From Acutalibacteraceae bacterium (GTDB taxonomy: Bacteria; Bacillota; Clostridia; Oscillospirales; Acutalibacteraceae), in contig JAZUIE010000012.1 in the NCBI GenBank assembly GCA_045642125.1, positions 5,151-69,150 on the forward strand: a stretch of DNA of 64,000 bases. Direction: 5' to 3'. This document shows positions 1 to 8,419 of this stretch, piece by piece (position 1 is the first letter of the stretch; every line of letters begins with the position of its first letter). The notes under the pieces are model-generated. The model did not search any database, had not been told where the DNA came from, and saw only the letters and a list, made by a program, of their open reading frames with translations. A program made the translations under genes and the position numbers.

Positions 1-1789
1 TTATGTTCATACCCTTACTCGTTCTTGAGCCTTCGGGTATCTCGTATGCCTTAACTCTGTAAACTCTGCCGAGATTTGAGAAGAGCATAATGCGGTCGTG
101 GGACGAGCAAACGAACATATTTGCGACAACATCGTCTTCTCTTGTCGTCATACCCGTTATACCTCTGCCGCCACGGTGCTGAACATTATATGTGTCGGAC
201 GGCAAACGCTTAATATATCCGTTAACCGTCTTTGTAATAACGCACTCTTCTTCGGGGATAAGGTCTTCGATGTCAACCTCGCCTAAGACATCGGAAATTT
301 CGGTTCTTCTGTCGTCCGAAAATCTGTCACGCAGATTTAAGCTGTCCGATTTTACGATTTCGAGTATTCTGCTGCGGTTTGCCAAAATGTCTTCGCAGTC
401 TTTTATAAAGTCGAGCTTTTCTTTAAGCTCGTCTAAAATCTTTTGTTTTTCCATTCCGGCAAGTTTACCGAGCTGCATTTGAACAATGGCGGTTGCCTGA
501 ATGTCGTCAAGACCGAAACGGTCGCATAACGCTTCCTTACTTTCGGGGATAGTCTTTGAATTTCTTATTATCGAAATCACTTCGTCAATATAGTCGAGCG
601 CCTTTTTAAGTCCCTCTAAAATGTGGGCTCTTTCGGCGGCTTTTTTCATATCGAACTCGGTTCTTCTTCTAATAATGTCGCACTGGAAGTCAATGGCATT
701 CTGCAGCATTTCTTTAAGGGTTAAAACCTGCGGTTTGCCGTTAACTATCGCTAACATTATGGCGCCGAATGTCGTCTGAAGAGATGTATAAGAATAAAGC
801 TTATTAAGAACAACCTGCGGGTTTGCGTCCTTTTTAAGGTCAACTATTATCCGCATACCGCCGTCACGCTTTGAAGAGTAGTCAACAACATCGTCAATAC
901 CCTCAATGCGCTTGTCTACCGCAAGGTCGTAAATATGCTTAACAAGGTCTTTCTTTCTTACCTTATAAGGAATTTCGCTTATAACTATACGGAATTTACC
1001 GTTTTTGGTTTCTTCAATTTCCGCTTTACCTCTTACGGTTATCTTGCCCCGTCCCGTTGCATAAGCAGCCCTTATACCGCTTCTGCCCATAATTATGCCG
1101 CCGGTCGGAAAATCGGGGCCTTTAATATACTGGCAAAGCTCCTGTAGGTCGGCTTCGGGGTTGTCGATAAGACAGCACATGGCGTCAATAACCTCGCCTA
1201 AATTATGCGGGGGTATTTCGGTCGCCATACCAACGGCGATACCCGAAGAGCCGTTTACTAAAAGCTGGGGAAATCTAACCGGCAAAACCTCAGGCTCTTT
1301 TAAGCGGTCGTCATAGTTAGGTACAAAATCAACCGTTTCTTTGTCGATATCGTCAAGCATGTGAACGGAAAGTCTGTTCATTTTAGACTCGGTATAACGG
1401 TAAGCGGCGGCAGGGTAGCCGTCTATGTTACCGAAGTTTCCGTGTCCGTCAATAAGCGGATATCTAAGCGAAAAGTCCTGCGCCATACGCACCATTGAAT
1501 CGTAAACCGATGTGTCGCCGTGCGGATGGTATCTACCGAGCACCGCACCTACGGTGTCGGCGCACTTTCTGTACGCTTTTTCGGGGGTTAAACCGTTTTC
1601 ATACATTGTATAAAGTATTCTGCGGTGAACAGGCTTAAGACCGTCCCTTACATCGGGAATGGCACGGCCTACCAAAACCGACATTGAATACTGAAGCATA
1701 CTTTGTTTTACTTCGTCTACAATTTCGACCGGCTTAATATTGGTTTCGCTGTTTTCGGGCCATCTTTTTTCTTCAATATTTTTTGCCAT
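1..1789 (-). CDS. gyrA: DNA gyrase subunit A, N-terminal ~596 codons (3' part lies beyond the window edge)
   Basis: Absent from the ORF track because no stop lies inside the window. Reverse-strand reading from ATG at 1787-1789 gives MAKNIEEKRWPENSETNIKPVEIVDEVKQSMLQYSMSVLVGRAIPDVRDGLKPVHRRILYTMYE...GRYHPHGDTSVYDSMVRMAQDF, and further in FPQLLVNGSSGIAVGMATEIPPHNL. These are canonical GyrA motifs. It lies directly downstream of gyrB. Confidence 0.93.
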   Translation of the reverse strand, partial: MAKNIEEKRWPENSETNIKPVEIVDEVKQSMLQYSMSVLVGRAIPDVRDGLKPVHRRILYTMYENGLTPEKAYRKCADTVGAVLGRYHPHGDTSVYDSMVRMAQDFSLRYPLIDGHGNFGNIDGYPAAAYRYTESKMNRLSVHMLDDIDKETVDFVPNYDDRLKEPEVLPVRFPQLLVNGSSGIAVGMATEIPPHNLGEVIDAMCCLIDNPEADLQELCQYIKGPDFPTGGIIMGRSGIRAAYATGRGKITVRGKAEIEETKNGKFRIVISEIPYKVRKKDLVKHIYDLAVDKRIEGIDDVVDYSSKRDGGMRIIVDLKKDANPQVVLNKLYSYTSLQTTFGAIMLAIVNGKPQVLTLKEMLQNAIDFQCDIIRRRTEFDMKKAAERAHILEGLKKALDYIDEVISIIRNSKTIPESKEALCDRFGLDDIQATAIVQMQLGKLAGMEKQKILDELKEKLDFIKDCEDILANRSRILEIVKSDSLNLRDRFSDDRRTEISDVLGEVDIEDLIPEEECVITKTVNGYIKRLPSDTYNVQHRGGRGITGMTTREDDVVANMFVCSSHDRIMLFSNLGRVYRVKAYEIPEGSRTSKGMNI

Positions 1790-1806
1790 TTTCTTTTCCC
1801 CCTTTC

Positions 1807-3753
1807 TTAAATATCCAAATCGGTAGCAAATACCGCATTTTCTTCAATAAACTGTCTTCTCGGCTCAACCTCTTCGCCCATGAGCATTGTAAACGTTTGG
1901 TCGGCAAGTTCTGCATCGCTCATTGTTACACGAAGCATCGTTCTTTGCTCTGGGTCAAGAGTTGTTTCCCATAACTGCTCGGGGTCCATTTCACCGAGAC
2001 CCTTATATCTCTGAACATCGGCAGTTCCGCCGAATTCTTCTATATATGCCGCCTTTTCTTCTTCGGTGAAAGCGTCCTTATGCTGTTTACCCTTTGAAAC
2101 TCTGAAAAGCGGCGGCTGAGCTAAATAAACATGGCCTTCCTTTATAAGCTCGGGCATATAGCGGAAGAAGAATGTTAAAAGAAGCGTTCTTATGTGGCTT
2201 CCGTCAACATCGGCATCCGCCATAATTACGATTTTATCGTAACGAAGCTTTGTAATATCAAAGTTTTCGGCTATTCCCGTGCCTAACGCAACAATTACGG
2301 GCGACAATTTGTCGTTTCCGTAAATTTTGTCGGCTCTCGCCTTTTCGACATTAAGCATTTTACCCCACAAAGGAAGTATTGCCTGATAGGTAGAGTTTCT
2401 GCCGTCTACCGCACTGCCTCCTGCCGAGTCACCCTCGACTATGTAAAGCTCTGTTTTTGTCGCATCGTTTGAAATACAGTCGGTAAGCTTTTCGGGCATT
2501 CTCGCCTTATTACCGAGTCCCGATTTACTTCTTGATGCTTCTCTCGCCTTTTGCGCCGCTTCACGGGCATTAGAAGATGCGATAGATTTATCGAGTATTA
2601 TCTTTGCTTCCTGCGGGTGTTCTTCTAAATACTGATACATCTTGTCGGCAACAATACCGTTAACAAGTGTACCTATTGAAGTATTACCGAGCTTTGCTTT
2701 TGTCTGCGATTCAAACTGTGCATCGGATAACTTAACGCTGACAACCGCTATAAGACCTTCGTTTATATCGTCCGCCTTAAGATTCGGGTTTGCGTCTTTA
2801 AGAAACTTAAAGTTTCTGCCGTACTTATTAACAACTCTTGCAAGAGAGTTCTTAAAGGCGGCTTCGTGCGTACCGCCGTCTACAGTATGAATGGTGTTTG
2901 CAAAGGACATTATTTTAGTATCGTAAGCCGTACTCCATAAAAGCGCAATTTCGGCTATCGAATTATCCTTATCACTGCCCGAAAGATAGATTACATCGTT
3001 ATTAAGTCTGTTTTTCTTCGATTTTTCGAGCAAGTATTCAACATAAGACTTAATACCGCCCTCAAAACATAAATCGTCTTCACGGTTTTCAATATCGGCA
3101 TCGCTTCTTAAATCTTTAAGAACTATTCTTATTCCGCCGTTTAAGAAAGCCTGTTCACGAAGTCTTTGAAGTAAAATATCGTAATCGTATCTTGTAGTAT
3201 CTGTAAATATTGTCGGGTCGGGCTTAAATGTAACCGTTGTACCCGTTTCTTTTGTATCGCCTATTACTTTAAGGTCTTCTTTAATATTTCCTTTTTCGTA
3301 TCTTTGCTTATAAATATGTTCTCCGTCTTTAACCTCAACCTCGAGCCACGAAGAAAGGGCATTAACAACCGAAGCGCCGACACCGTGCAAACCGCCCGAA
3401 ACCTTATATCCGCTTCCGCCGAACTTACCGCCTGCGTGAAGAATTGTGAAAACAACACTTACTGTCGGTATTCCCTTTTGCGGATGTATACCTACAGGTA
3501 TACCACGACCGTTATCTGTTACTTTAATTATACCGTCATCAAGCAAAAATACTTCTATTTTATCGCAGTATCCCGCAAGTGCTTCGTCTATCGAGTTGTC
3601 AACAATTTCATAGACTAAATGGTGAAGACCTCTTTCACCCGTTGAGCCTATGTACATACCCGGTCTTTTTCTTACCGCTTCGAGTCCCTCTAAAACCTGT
3701 ATTGAGTTTTCGTCATAAGATTCTGTTACGGTAGTTTTTATTTCTTCACTCAT
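1807..3753 (-). CDS. gyrB: DNA gyrase subunit B
   Basis: 648-aa ORF with GHKL ATPase motifs (HHLVYEIVDNSIDEA, GGLHGVGASVVNALS) and a Toprim region (YIVEGDSAGGSA, IMADADVDGSHI). It ends in ...ENAVFATDLDI. Position is between recF and gyrA. Confidence 0.97.
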   Translation of the reverse strand: MSEEIKTTVTESYDENSIQVLEGLEAVRKRPGMYIGSTGERGLHHLVYEIVDNSIDEALAGYCDKIEVFLLDDGIIKVTDNGRGIPVGIHPQKGIPTVSVVFTILHAGGKFGGSGYKVSGGLHGVGASVVNALSSWLEVEVKDGEHIYKQRYEKGNIKEDLKVIGDTKETGTTVTFKPDPTIFTDTTRYDYDILLQRLREQAFLNGGIRIVLKDLRSDADIENREDDLCFEGGIKSYVEYLLEKSKKNRLNNDVIYLSGSDKDNSIAEIALLWSTAYDTKIMSFANTIHTVDGGTHEAAFKNSLARVVNKYGRNFKFLKDANPNLKADDINEGLIAVVSVKLSDAQFESQTKAKLGNTSIGTLVNGIVADKMYQYLEEHPQEAKIILDKSIASSNAREAAQKAREASRSKSGLGNKARMPEKLTDCISNDATKTELYIVEGDSAGGSAVDGRNSTYQAILPLWGKMLNVEKARADKIYGNDKLSPVIVALGTGIAENFDITKLRYDKIVIMADADVDGSHIRTLLLTFFFRYMPELIKEGHVYLAQPPLFRVSKGKQHKDAFTEEEKAAYIEEFGGTADVQRYKGLGEMDPEQLWETTLDPEQRTMLRVTMSDAELADQTFTMLMGEEVEPRRQFIEENAVFATDLDI

Positions 3754-3777
3754 TTTTTTCTCCTTAAAGTAAAGTTT

Positions 3778-4038
3778 TTATATATTGTTTATAAGGTCTT
3801 GCCTTTTAAGTAGCGTTTTTGAAGAAAGCTGTGAAAAATACACCTTTTGTTCGCCGTTTTCTTTTACAACAACAAATGTTTTCGGAATATCCGAAGTTGT
3901 ATTTACTATTTTTCCTTCTTTTTCGGCTCTTTCTAAAAACTGTCTTGCCTTTAGTGAAACGGTGCAGTTGTCAAAATCAAAAATTCCTATAATGTTTTTT
4001 GTGTTAATAATATAGTTGTTTCCTAAATGTATAAACAT
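3778..4038 (-). CDS. remB: DUF370 / RemB (YaaB)-like small protein
   Basis: 86-aa ORF (MFIHLGNNYIINTKNIIGIFDFD...) in the conserved Firmicutes slot between recF and gyrB. The family call rests on size, position and N-terminal pattern recalled from DUF370. Confidence 0.7.
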   Translation of the reverse strand: MFIHLGNNYIINTKNIIGIFDFDNCTVSLKARQFLERAEKEGKIVNTTSDIPKTFVVVKENGEQKVYFSQLSSKTLLKRQDLINNI

Positions 4039-4050
4039 ATATTTTCACCT

Positions 4051-5112
4051 TTATATTATTTCGCCGTTTTTAATCTTAATAATTTTTCCGCTTTTTAAGT
4101 TTTTACTGTTTACAGGGTCGCAACAGGTAATAAAAACCTGCATATTTTTAATTTGATTTATAATATAATTTTGGCGCTTTTCGTCAAGCTCACTCATAAC
4201 ATCGTCAAGCAAACAAACGGGATATTCTCCGCTTATATTTTTAAAAATTTCGGCAAAAGAAAGTTTAATGCTTAATACAATACTTCTTTGCTGACCTTGT
4301 GAAGCAAAAAGCCTTGCATTTATATTATTTAATAAAAATTCTATATCGTCCCTATGCGGTCCTATACCCGTAAAACCGACAAGAGAATCTTCTTTTCTTT
4401 TTTCTTTTAATTTTTCTCTTAAATTTCCTTTTTCATTAGGTTTATATTTAATTGTTGCCTTTTCTTTTTGTTCGGATAAATCAGAATATATTTTTTCAAA
4501 AGGTAAAGATAATTTATTTATAATGTTTTCTCTGTACTTTATTATTTTTTCGCCGTTTTCGGCAATTTCTTTTTCGAAAACATCAAGTAAAATATCAAGA
4601 CTCTTATCATATTTATAGTCTTTTATTATTTTATTTCTTTGTAATAAGGCTTTATTGTAATTTTTAAGTATACTTATATATCTCGGATATATTTGTCCTA
4701 TCGTAAGGTCAATAAATTTTCGTCTTTCGTTAGGTCCTCCCTTAATAAGAGATAAATCGTCAGGCGAAAACACAACCGCACAAAAATGTCCCGCAATATT
4801 AGTAAAATTATTTTCTTTTTTATCATTTATAAAAGCGGTTTTTTTATCGCTATACTCTATTTTTAACTTTTCTTTGCCTTTATTTGATGTAAAAAATATT
4901 TCGTTTACGGCTTTATTTGTTCCAAAATTAATAAAAGCGTCTTCCTTCGAAGTTCTGAAACTTTTAGCGCCGGTAAAAAGCCATAAAGCTTCTAAAATAT
5001 TAGTCTTTCCCTGCCCGTTTTCACCGCAGATAATATTAATATTTTCGTCAGCAGTAATATTTATATCTTTAAGATTACGAAAGTTTTTAATATTTATGCT
5101 TTTAATTTGCAT
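4051..5112 (-). CDS. recF: DNA replication/repair protein RecF
   Basis: 353-aa ORF with Walker A GENGQGKTNILEA, an SMC-like signature region SQGQQRS and Walker B CLLDDVMSELD. Position is dnaN-yaaA-recF. Confidence 0.93.
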   Translation of the reverse strand: MQIKSINIKNFRNLKDINITADENINIICGENGQGKTNILEALWLFTGAKSFRTSKEDAFINFGTNKAVNEIFFTSNKGKEKLKIEYSDKKTAFINDKKENNFTNIAGHFCAVVFSPDDLSLIKGGPNERRKFIDLTIGQIYPRYISILKNYNKALLQRNKIIKDYKYDKSLDILLDVFEKEIAENGEKIIKYRENIINKLSLPFEKIYSDLSEQKEKATIKYKPNEKGNLREKLKEKRKEDSLVGFTGIGPHRDDIEFLLNNINARLFASQGQQRSIVLSIKLSFAEIFKNISGEYPVCLLDDVMSELDEKRQNYIINQIKNMQVFITCCDPVNSKNLKSGKIIKIKNGEII

Positions 5113-5323
5113 TTTTTACAATTAAACCTTTATTATCATATTCTACAGTGTCGTTTTCTCTTATTTTTTTGCCCCTTTGTACACAAATTTCTCCGTTAAC
5201 TTTAACGAGTCCGTCTAAAATAACATTCTTTGCCTGTCCGCCGGAGCCTAAAAGAGAAGAAAATTTAAGCAAACTGTCAAGCTTAATAAAATCGCCTTTA
5301 ATATAAATTTCTTTATATTCCAT
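5102..5323 (-). CDS. yaaA: S4-domain RNA-binding protein YaaA
   Basis: 73-aa ORF overlapping the recF start by 11 nt and abutting the dnaN stop. GGQAKNVILDGLVKVNGEICVQRGKKIRENDTV is S4-like. Confidence 0.75.
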   Translation of the reverse strand: MEYKEIYIKGDFIKLDSLLKFSSLLGSGGQAKNVILDGLVKVNGEICVQRGKKIRENDTVEYDNKGLIVKNAN

Positions 5324-6429
5324 TATTTTAACCTCATCGGCATTATAAGATAGAGAAAGTCTTTGTTGTTTTCGTCCGCCGATGTAATAACAACACCCTG
5401 ATTTGCGCCGTTAAACTTAAACGAAATATTACCTTCGTCACAAGCCTTTAATGCTTCGCCTAAATAACGGCTGTTTAGACCTATTTCGAAGTTTTCTCCT
5501 TCAAGTTTTATATTAAGTGTTTCTTTTGCTCTTCCTATTGATGTAGCACAGTTTATAACAAGTTTTTCTTCTTCAAAATTACATCTTATAGGTGTTGAAA
5601 AAATATCATTTATTATTAACGATATTCTGTCAACAGAGTTAATAATTTCGTTTGAATTAACAGTAATTTTTTGTTTGTATTCGTCAGGAATGATTTTTTC
5701 GTAGTTTACAAATTCGCCTTCAAGTAAACGGGCAATAAACAAATAACCGTCAATATTAAATGAAACAAGTCTTTTTCCTACAATAATATCAATATTGCTG
5801 TTTTCTTCTCCTACAAGCTTAATAACTTCGTTTACGGCTTTTCCCGAAACTACAAACTCAACATTTTCATTTATATTTACTTTTTCTCTTCTTATTGAAA
5901 GTCTGTATCCGTCAATAGCAACTAATTGCAAAATACCGTCTTTAATCGAAATATTTATACCCGTAAGAATAGGTCTTGTTCCCTCAATTTGAGAAACGGC
6001 AAAAATAGTTCTTTTAACCATTTCACAAAAAATTTTGCCGTCTACCGTTATTTTGCTTCCGTCAGAAACGGACGGCATTTCGGGAAAGTCACTCGCAGCC
6101 ATTCCCATAATGTCAAAGGTTGCTTCTCCGCTTTTAATATGACACATCAAAGAGTCGTCAGCTTCTATAATTACCTGTGCGCCGTCAAGCTTTCTTAAAA
6201 TGTCGGACAAGAGTCTTGCATTAATTACAATGTCACCCGCATCTTCGCAGGAGCAATACATTTCCTTTTTCATTCCCATTTCGAGATTGTATGTAGCAAG
6301 AGTTAAAAGTCCCTGTTCGGCAGAAATTAAAATTCCTTCCAAAATAGGCATTGATGTTTTGTTTGTTACAACTTTTTGGAGTTTTGATACAGCATCTAAA
6401 AATGAAGCACGTTCTACGGAAAATTTCAT
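5323..6429 (-). CDS. dnaN: DNA polymerase III beta sliding clamp
   Basis: 368-aa ORF with N-terminus MKFSVERASFLDAVSKLQKVV and C-terminus ...YLIMPMRLK typical of beta clamps. It lies immediately downstream of dnaA. Confidence 0.93.
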   Translation of the reverse strand: MKFSVERASFLDAVSKLQKVVTNKTSMPILEGILISAEQGLLTLATYNLEMGMKKEMYCSCEDAGDIVINARLLSDILRKLDGAQVIIEADDSLMCHIKSGEATFDIMGMAASDFPEMPSVSDGSKITVDGKIFCEMVKRTIFAVSQIEGTRPILTGINISIKDGILQLVAIDGYRLSIRREKVNINENVEFVVSGKAVNEVIKLVGEENSNIDIIVGKRLVSFNIDGYLFIARLLEGEFVNYEKIIPDEYKQKITVNSNEIINSVDRISLIINDIFSTPIRCNFEEEKLVINCATSIGRAKETLNIKLEGENFEIGLNSRYLGEALKACDEGNISFKFNGANQGVVITSADENNKDFLYLIMPMRLK

Positions 6430-6642
6430 TTTTTATCACCTTTTTCTTAAAAATATATAAATAAATACCAGTAGTAGTAAAGTCGGTTAAAACGGTTAGT
6501 TTGTCCCGAAAGCCTTTTTATAAAAGAATTCCTGCGGTTTAAAAAAAAGTAAATAAATTGTTTATAAGTCTAATAACTTTTCACTTTCAACACCTATGTT
6601 AAAAACTCATTGTTTATTAACACTTAAAATGTTGATAATTTT
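6430..6642. other. dnaA-dnaN intergenic region with one near-consensus DnaA box (TGTTGATAA, 6630-6638)
   Basis: Scanned by eye against TTATCCACA/TGTGGATAA. I found only one 1-mismatch 9-mer and some weaker (2-3 mismatch) matches such as TGTTTATAA. Confidence 0.3.
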
Positions 6643-7977
6643 TTAGGTTTCTCCCGTTAAATTTTTGATAATATCGTTGACGAGTTCTTTTTGATAAGGC
6701 TTATCCGCCAAGAACTTTTCAACCTGATTTACATTATATAAAACGGTCGAATGGTCTTTGCCGAAGCTTTCGCCTATTGCCTTATAGGAAAGGTCGGTCG
6801 TTTCTCTCGATATGTACATAGCAACCTGACGGGCGAGAACCAAAGACTGCGTACGGCGGTTAGATAAAATGTCACTCTCGGAAACATTGTAGGTTCTCGC
6901 AACCTCTTCTATAATCTTTTCAATTTTAATAGGCTCGGGCTGCATATCGTTTATAACGTCTTTTATAAAGCCTTGTACAATAGAAATATTAGGCACCTTG
7001 TTTTGTATGTTTACATACGCCTTAAGCTTCTTTATAACGCCCTCAATTTGACGGGTGTTTGCTTTTATGTGTTCGGCAATGTAATATACTATATTTTCTT
7101 CTAAATCAAAGCCGCTTTCGTTTGCCTTTCTTCTTATGATACCGACTCTCGTTTCAAAGTCGGGCGGGGTAATGTCGGCAAACAAGCCACTCGCAAAACG
7201 GGAACGGATACGGTCGTCAAGAGTTTTTATTTCCTTAAGCGGACGGTCGAGCGTTACAACTATCTGCTTGTTGTTTTGGTAAAGAGTATTAAAGGTATTA
7301 AAGAACTCTTCCTGTGTTTGCTCTTTTCCGGCTATGAAGTGAATATCGTCAACAAGCAAAACATCAACGCCCCTGAACTTTGTCCTGAAGTCGTCTATCG
7401 TGCCTAAACCTAACTTACCCTCTTGAATTGCCTGAATAAGACGGTTTGTAAAGTCTTCGCCTCTCGTGTACTCGATTTTCTTGCCGGGAAATTTGTTTTT
7501 TATGTGGTTTTTAATGGCAAGCAAAAGGTGCGTCTTGCCGACACCGGACGGGCCGTAAATAATAAGGGGGTTGTAATTTATAAGTCCGGGGTTTTCCGCA
7601 ACGGCAAAGGCGGCGGCTTGGGCAAACTTGTTAGAAGAGCCGACAACGAAATTGTTAAAGGTGAAGAAATCTTCAAAGGAAAGACCTTCACTGTGTTCTT
7701 CGGCTTTTCTTATCTTGTCTTCGTCACTTTCGTATATAACCTTAGGCGTAAGGTCAATGCCCATAATCGTTTTAATGGAAGCCGTTAAAAGCCCCATATA
7801 GTTTTGCTCTATAACGCCGCAGATGTAATCGTTGTTGTGCGACATAACAAAATTGCCGTCTTCTATGTAGAGAGGTTTAAGACCGCTGAAAAAGCAGTCA
7901 AAAGCAACGGTAGAAATAGTTTTTTTACATTCTTCGCAAATTGCTTCCCAAATATCAAACATAGAATCAGAAGCCAT
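6643..7977 (-). CDS. dnaA: Chromosomal replication initiator protein DnaA
   Basis: AAA+ motifs GPSGVGKTHLL and LLVDDIHFIAGKEQTQEEFFNTFN, plus the C-terminal DNA-binding signature LSYKAIGESFGKDHSTVLYNVNQV. The track ORF runs to 8052. I prefer the ATG at 7975-7977 (MASDSMFDIWEAI...) because the first 25 codons are a translation of pure AT-rich DNA. Confidence 0.93.
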   Translation of the reverse strand: MASDSMFDIWEAICEECKKTISTVAFDCFFSGLKPLYIEDGNFVMSHNNDYICGVIEQNYMGLLTASIKTIMGIDLTPKVIYESDEDKIRKAEEHSEGLSFEDFFTFNNFVVGSSNKFAQAAAFAVAENPGLINYNPLIIYGPSGVGKTHLLLAIKNHIKNKFPGKKIEYTRGEDFTNRLIQAIQEGKLGLGTIDDFRTKFRGVDVLLVDDIHFIAGKEQTQEEFFNTFNTLYQNNKQIVVTLDRPLKEIKTLDDRIRSRFASGLFADITPPDFETRVGIIRRKANESGFDLEENIVYYIAEHIKANTRQIEGVIKKLKAYVNIQNKVPNISIVQGFIKDVINDMQPEPIKIEKIIEEVARTYNVSESDILSNRRTQSLVLARQVAMYISRETTDLSYKAIGESFGKDHSTVLYNVNQVEKFLADKPYQKELVNDIIKNLTGET

Positions 7978-8120
7978 TTTTACCACCCCTATAAATAATA
8001 TTATATATGATAATATATTATATATATATATAAATATATAATAGTATAACATAATATAATATAGTTTTCAACATTTATTTGCGTTTTTGTTGACAAAACC
8101 GCACGGATAAAAGATTTTTG
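7978..8120. other. Putative oriC segment: AT-rich unwinding-element candidate (about 7990-8065) plus DnaA-box-like 9-mer
   Basis: About 75 nt of almost pure A/T (ataaataatattatatatgataatatattatatatatatataaatatata...) lie directly upstream of dnaA. TGTTGATAA (1 mismatch to TGTGGATAA) sits at 8119-8127. No cluster of perfect boxes was seen. Confidence 0.4.
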
Positions 8121-8149
8121 TTGATAAATATGAAAAAATGTGGTATTAT
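8121..8149 (+). promoter_or_regulatory. Sigma-A-type promoter driving the tRNA-Pro transcription unit
   Basis: -35 TTGATA (8121-8126), 17-nt spacer, extended -10 TGgTATTAT (8141-8149). The only downstream terminator lies after tRNA-Pro. Confidence 0.5.
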
Positions 8150-8211
8150 TATCGGGCGTTCAAAAAAAGAGAACAAAACAAACAGTATTGATATAAAAAA
8201 ATTTAATATTT

Positions 8212-8362
8212 CGAGGTGTAGCGCAGCAGGACACGCGCCAGTTTTGGGTGAGAAATGCGAGTGCGTCCTGCGGACGATTAAACGAGCAGTTCGAAGCGCT
8301 GCGGTCGATAGGTGCGCCACGCTCCAAGTGAGCGCAACATCGGGCACCGCAAGAGGGTTGCC
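8212..8362 (+). ncRNA. Unclassified structured element, copy A: truncated tRNA-Pro-like 5' head (8212-8248) fused to a conserved ~115-nt domain (8249-8362)
   Basis: The head repeats CGAGGTGTAGCGCAG and GCGCCAGTTTTGGG of the tRNA-Pro gene at 8420. The domain aligns without gaps to 18321-18434. Helices: 8252-8258/8286-8292, 8264-8268/8272-8276, and a long irregular hairpin 8301-8350. Strand was assigned from the promoter/terminator context. All pairs are Watson-Crick, so pairing alone does not orient it. Confidence 0.55.
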
Positions 8363-8419
8363 AAAACAGGCTGAAAAAAAACATAAACAAATTTTATTAT
8401 ACTTACAATTTAACAATTT

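Noticed and set aside
7978-8052. 25-codon N-terminal extension of dnaA (MLYYYIFIYIYNILSYIILFIGVVK).
   Set aside because: It is a translation of the AT-rich origin DNA. The canonical DnaA N-terminus begins at the ATG at 7975-7977.
8330-8362. T-box riboswitch, because CATCGGG(C/T)ACCGCAAG loosely recalls the T-box sequence GGUGGUACCGCG.
   Set aside because: I could see no Stem I, specifier loop, or antiterminator/terminator pair. The element precedes tRNA genes rather than an aminoacyl-tRNA synthetase or transporter gene. The match is only about 8 nt.
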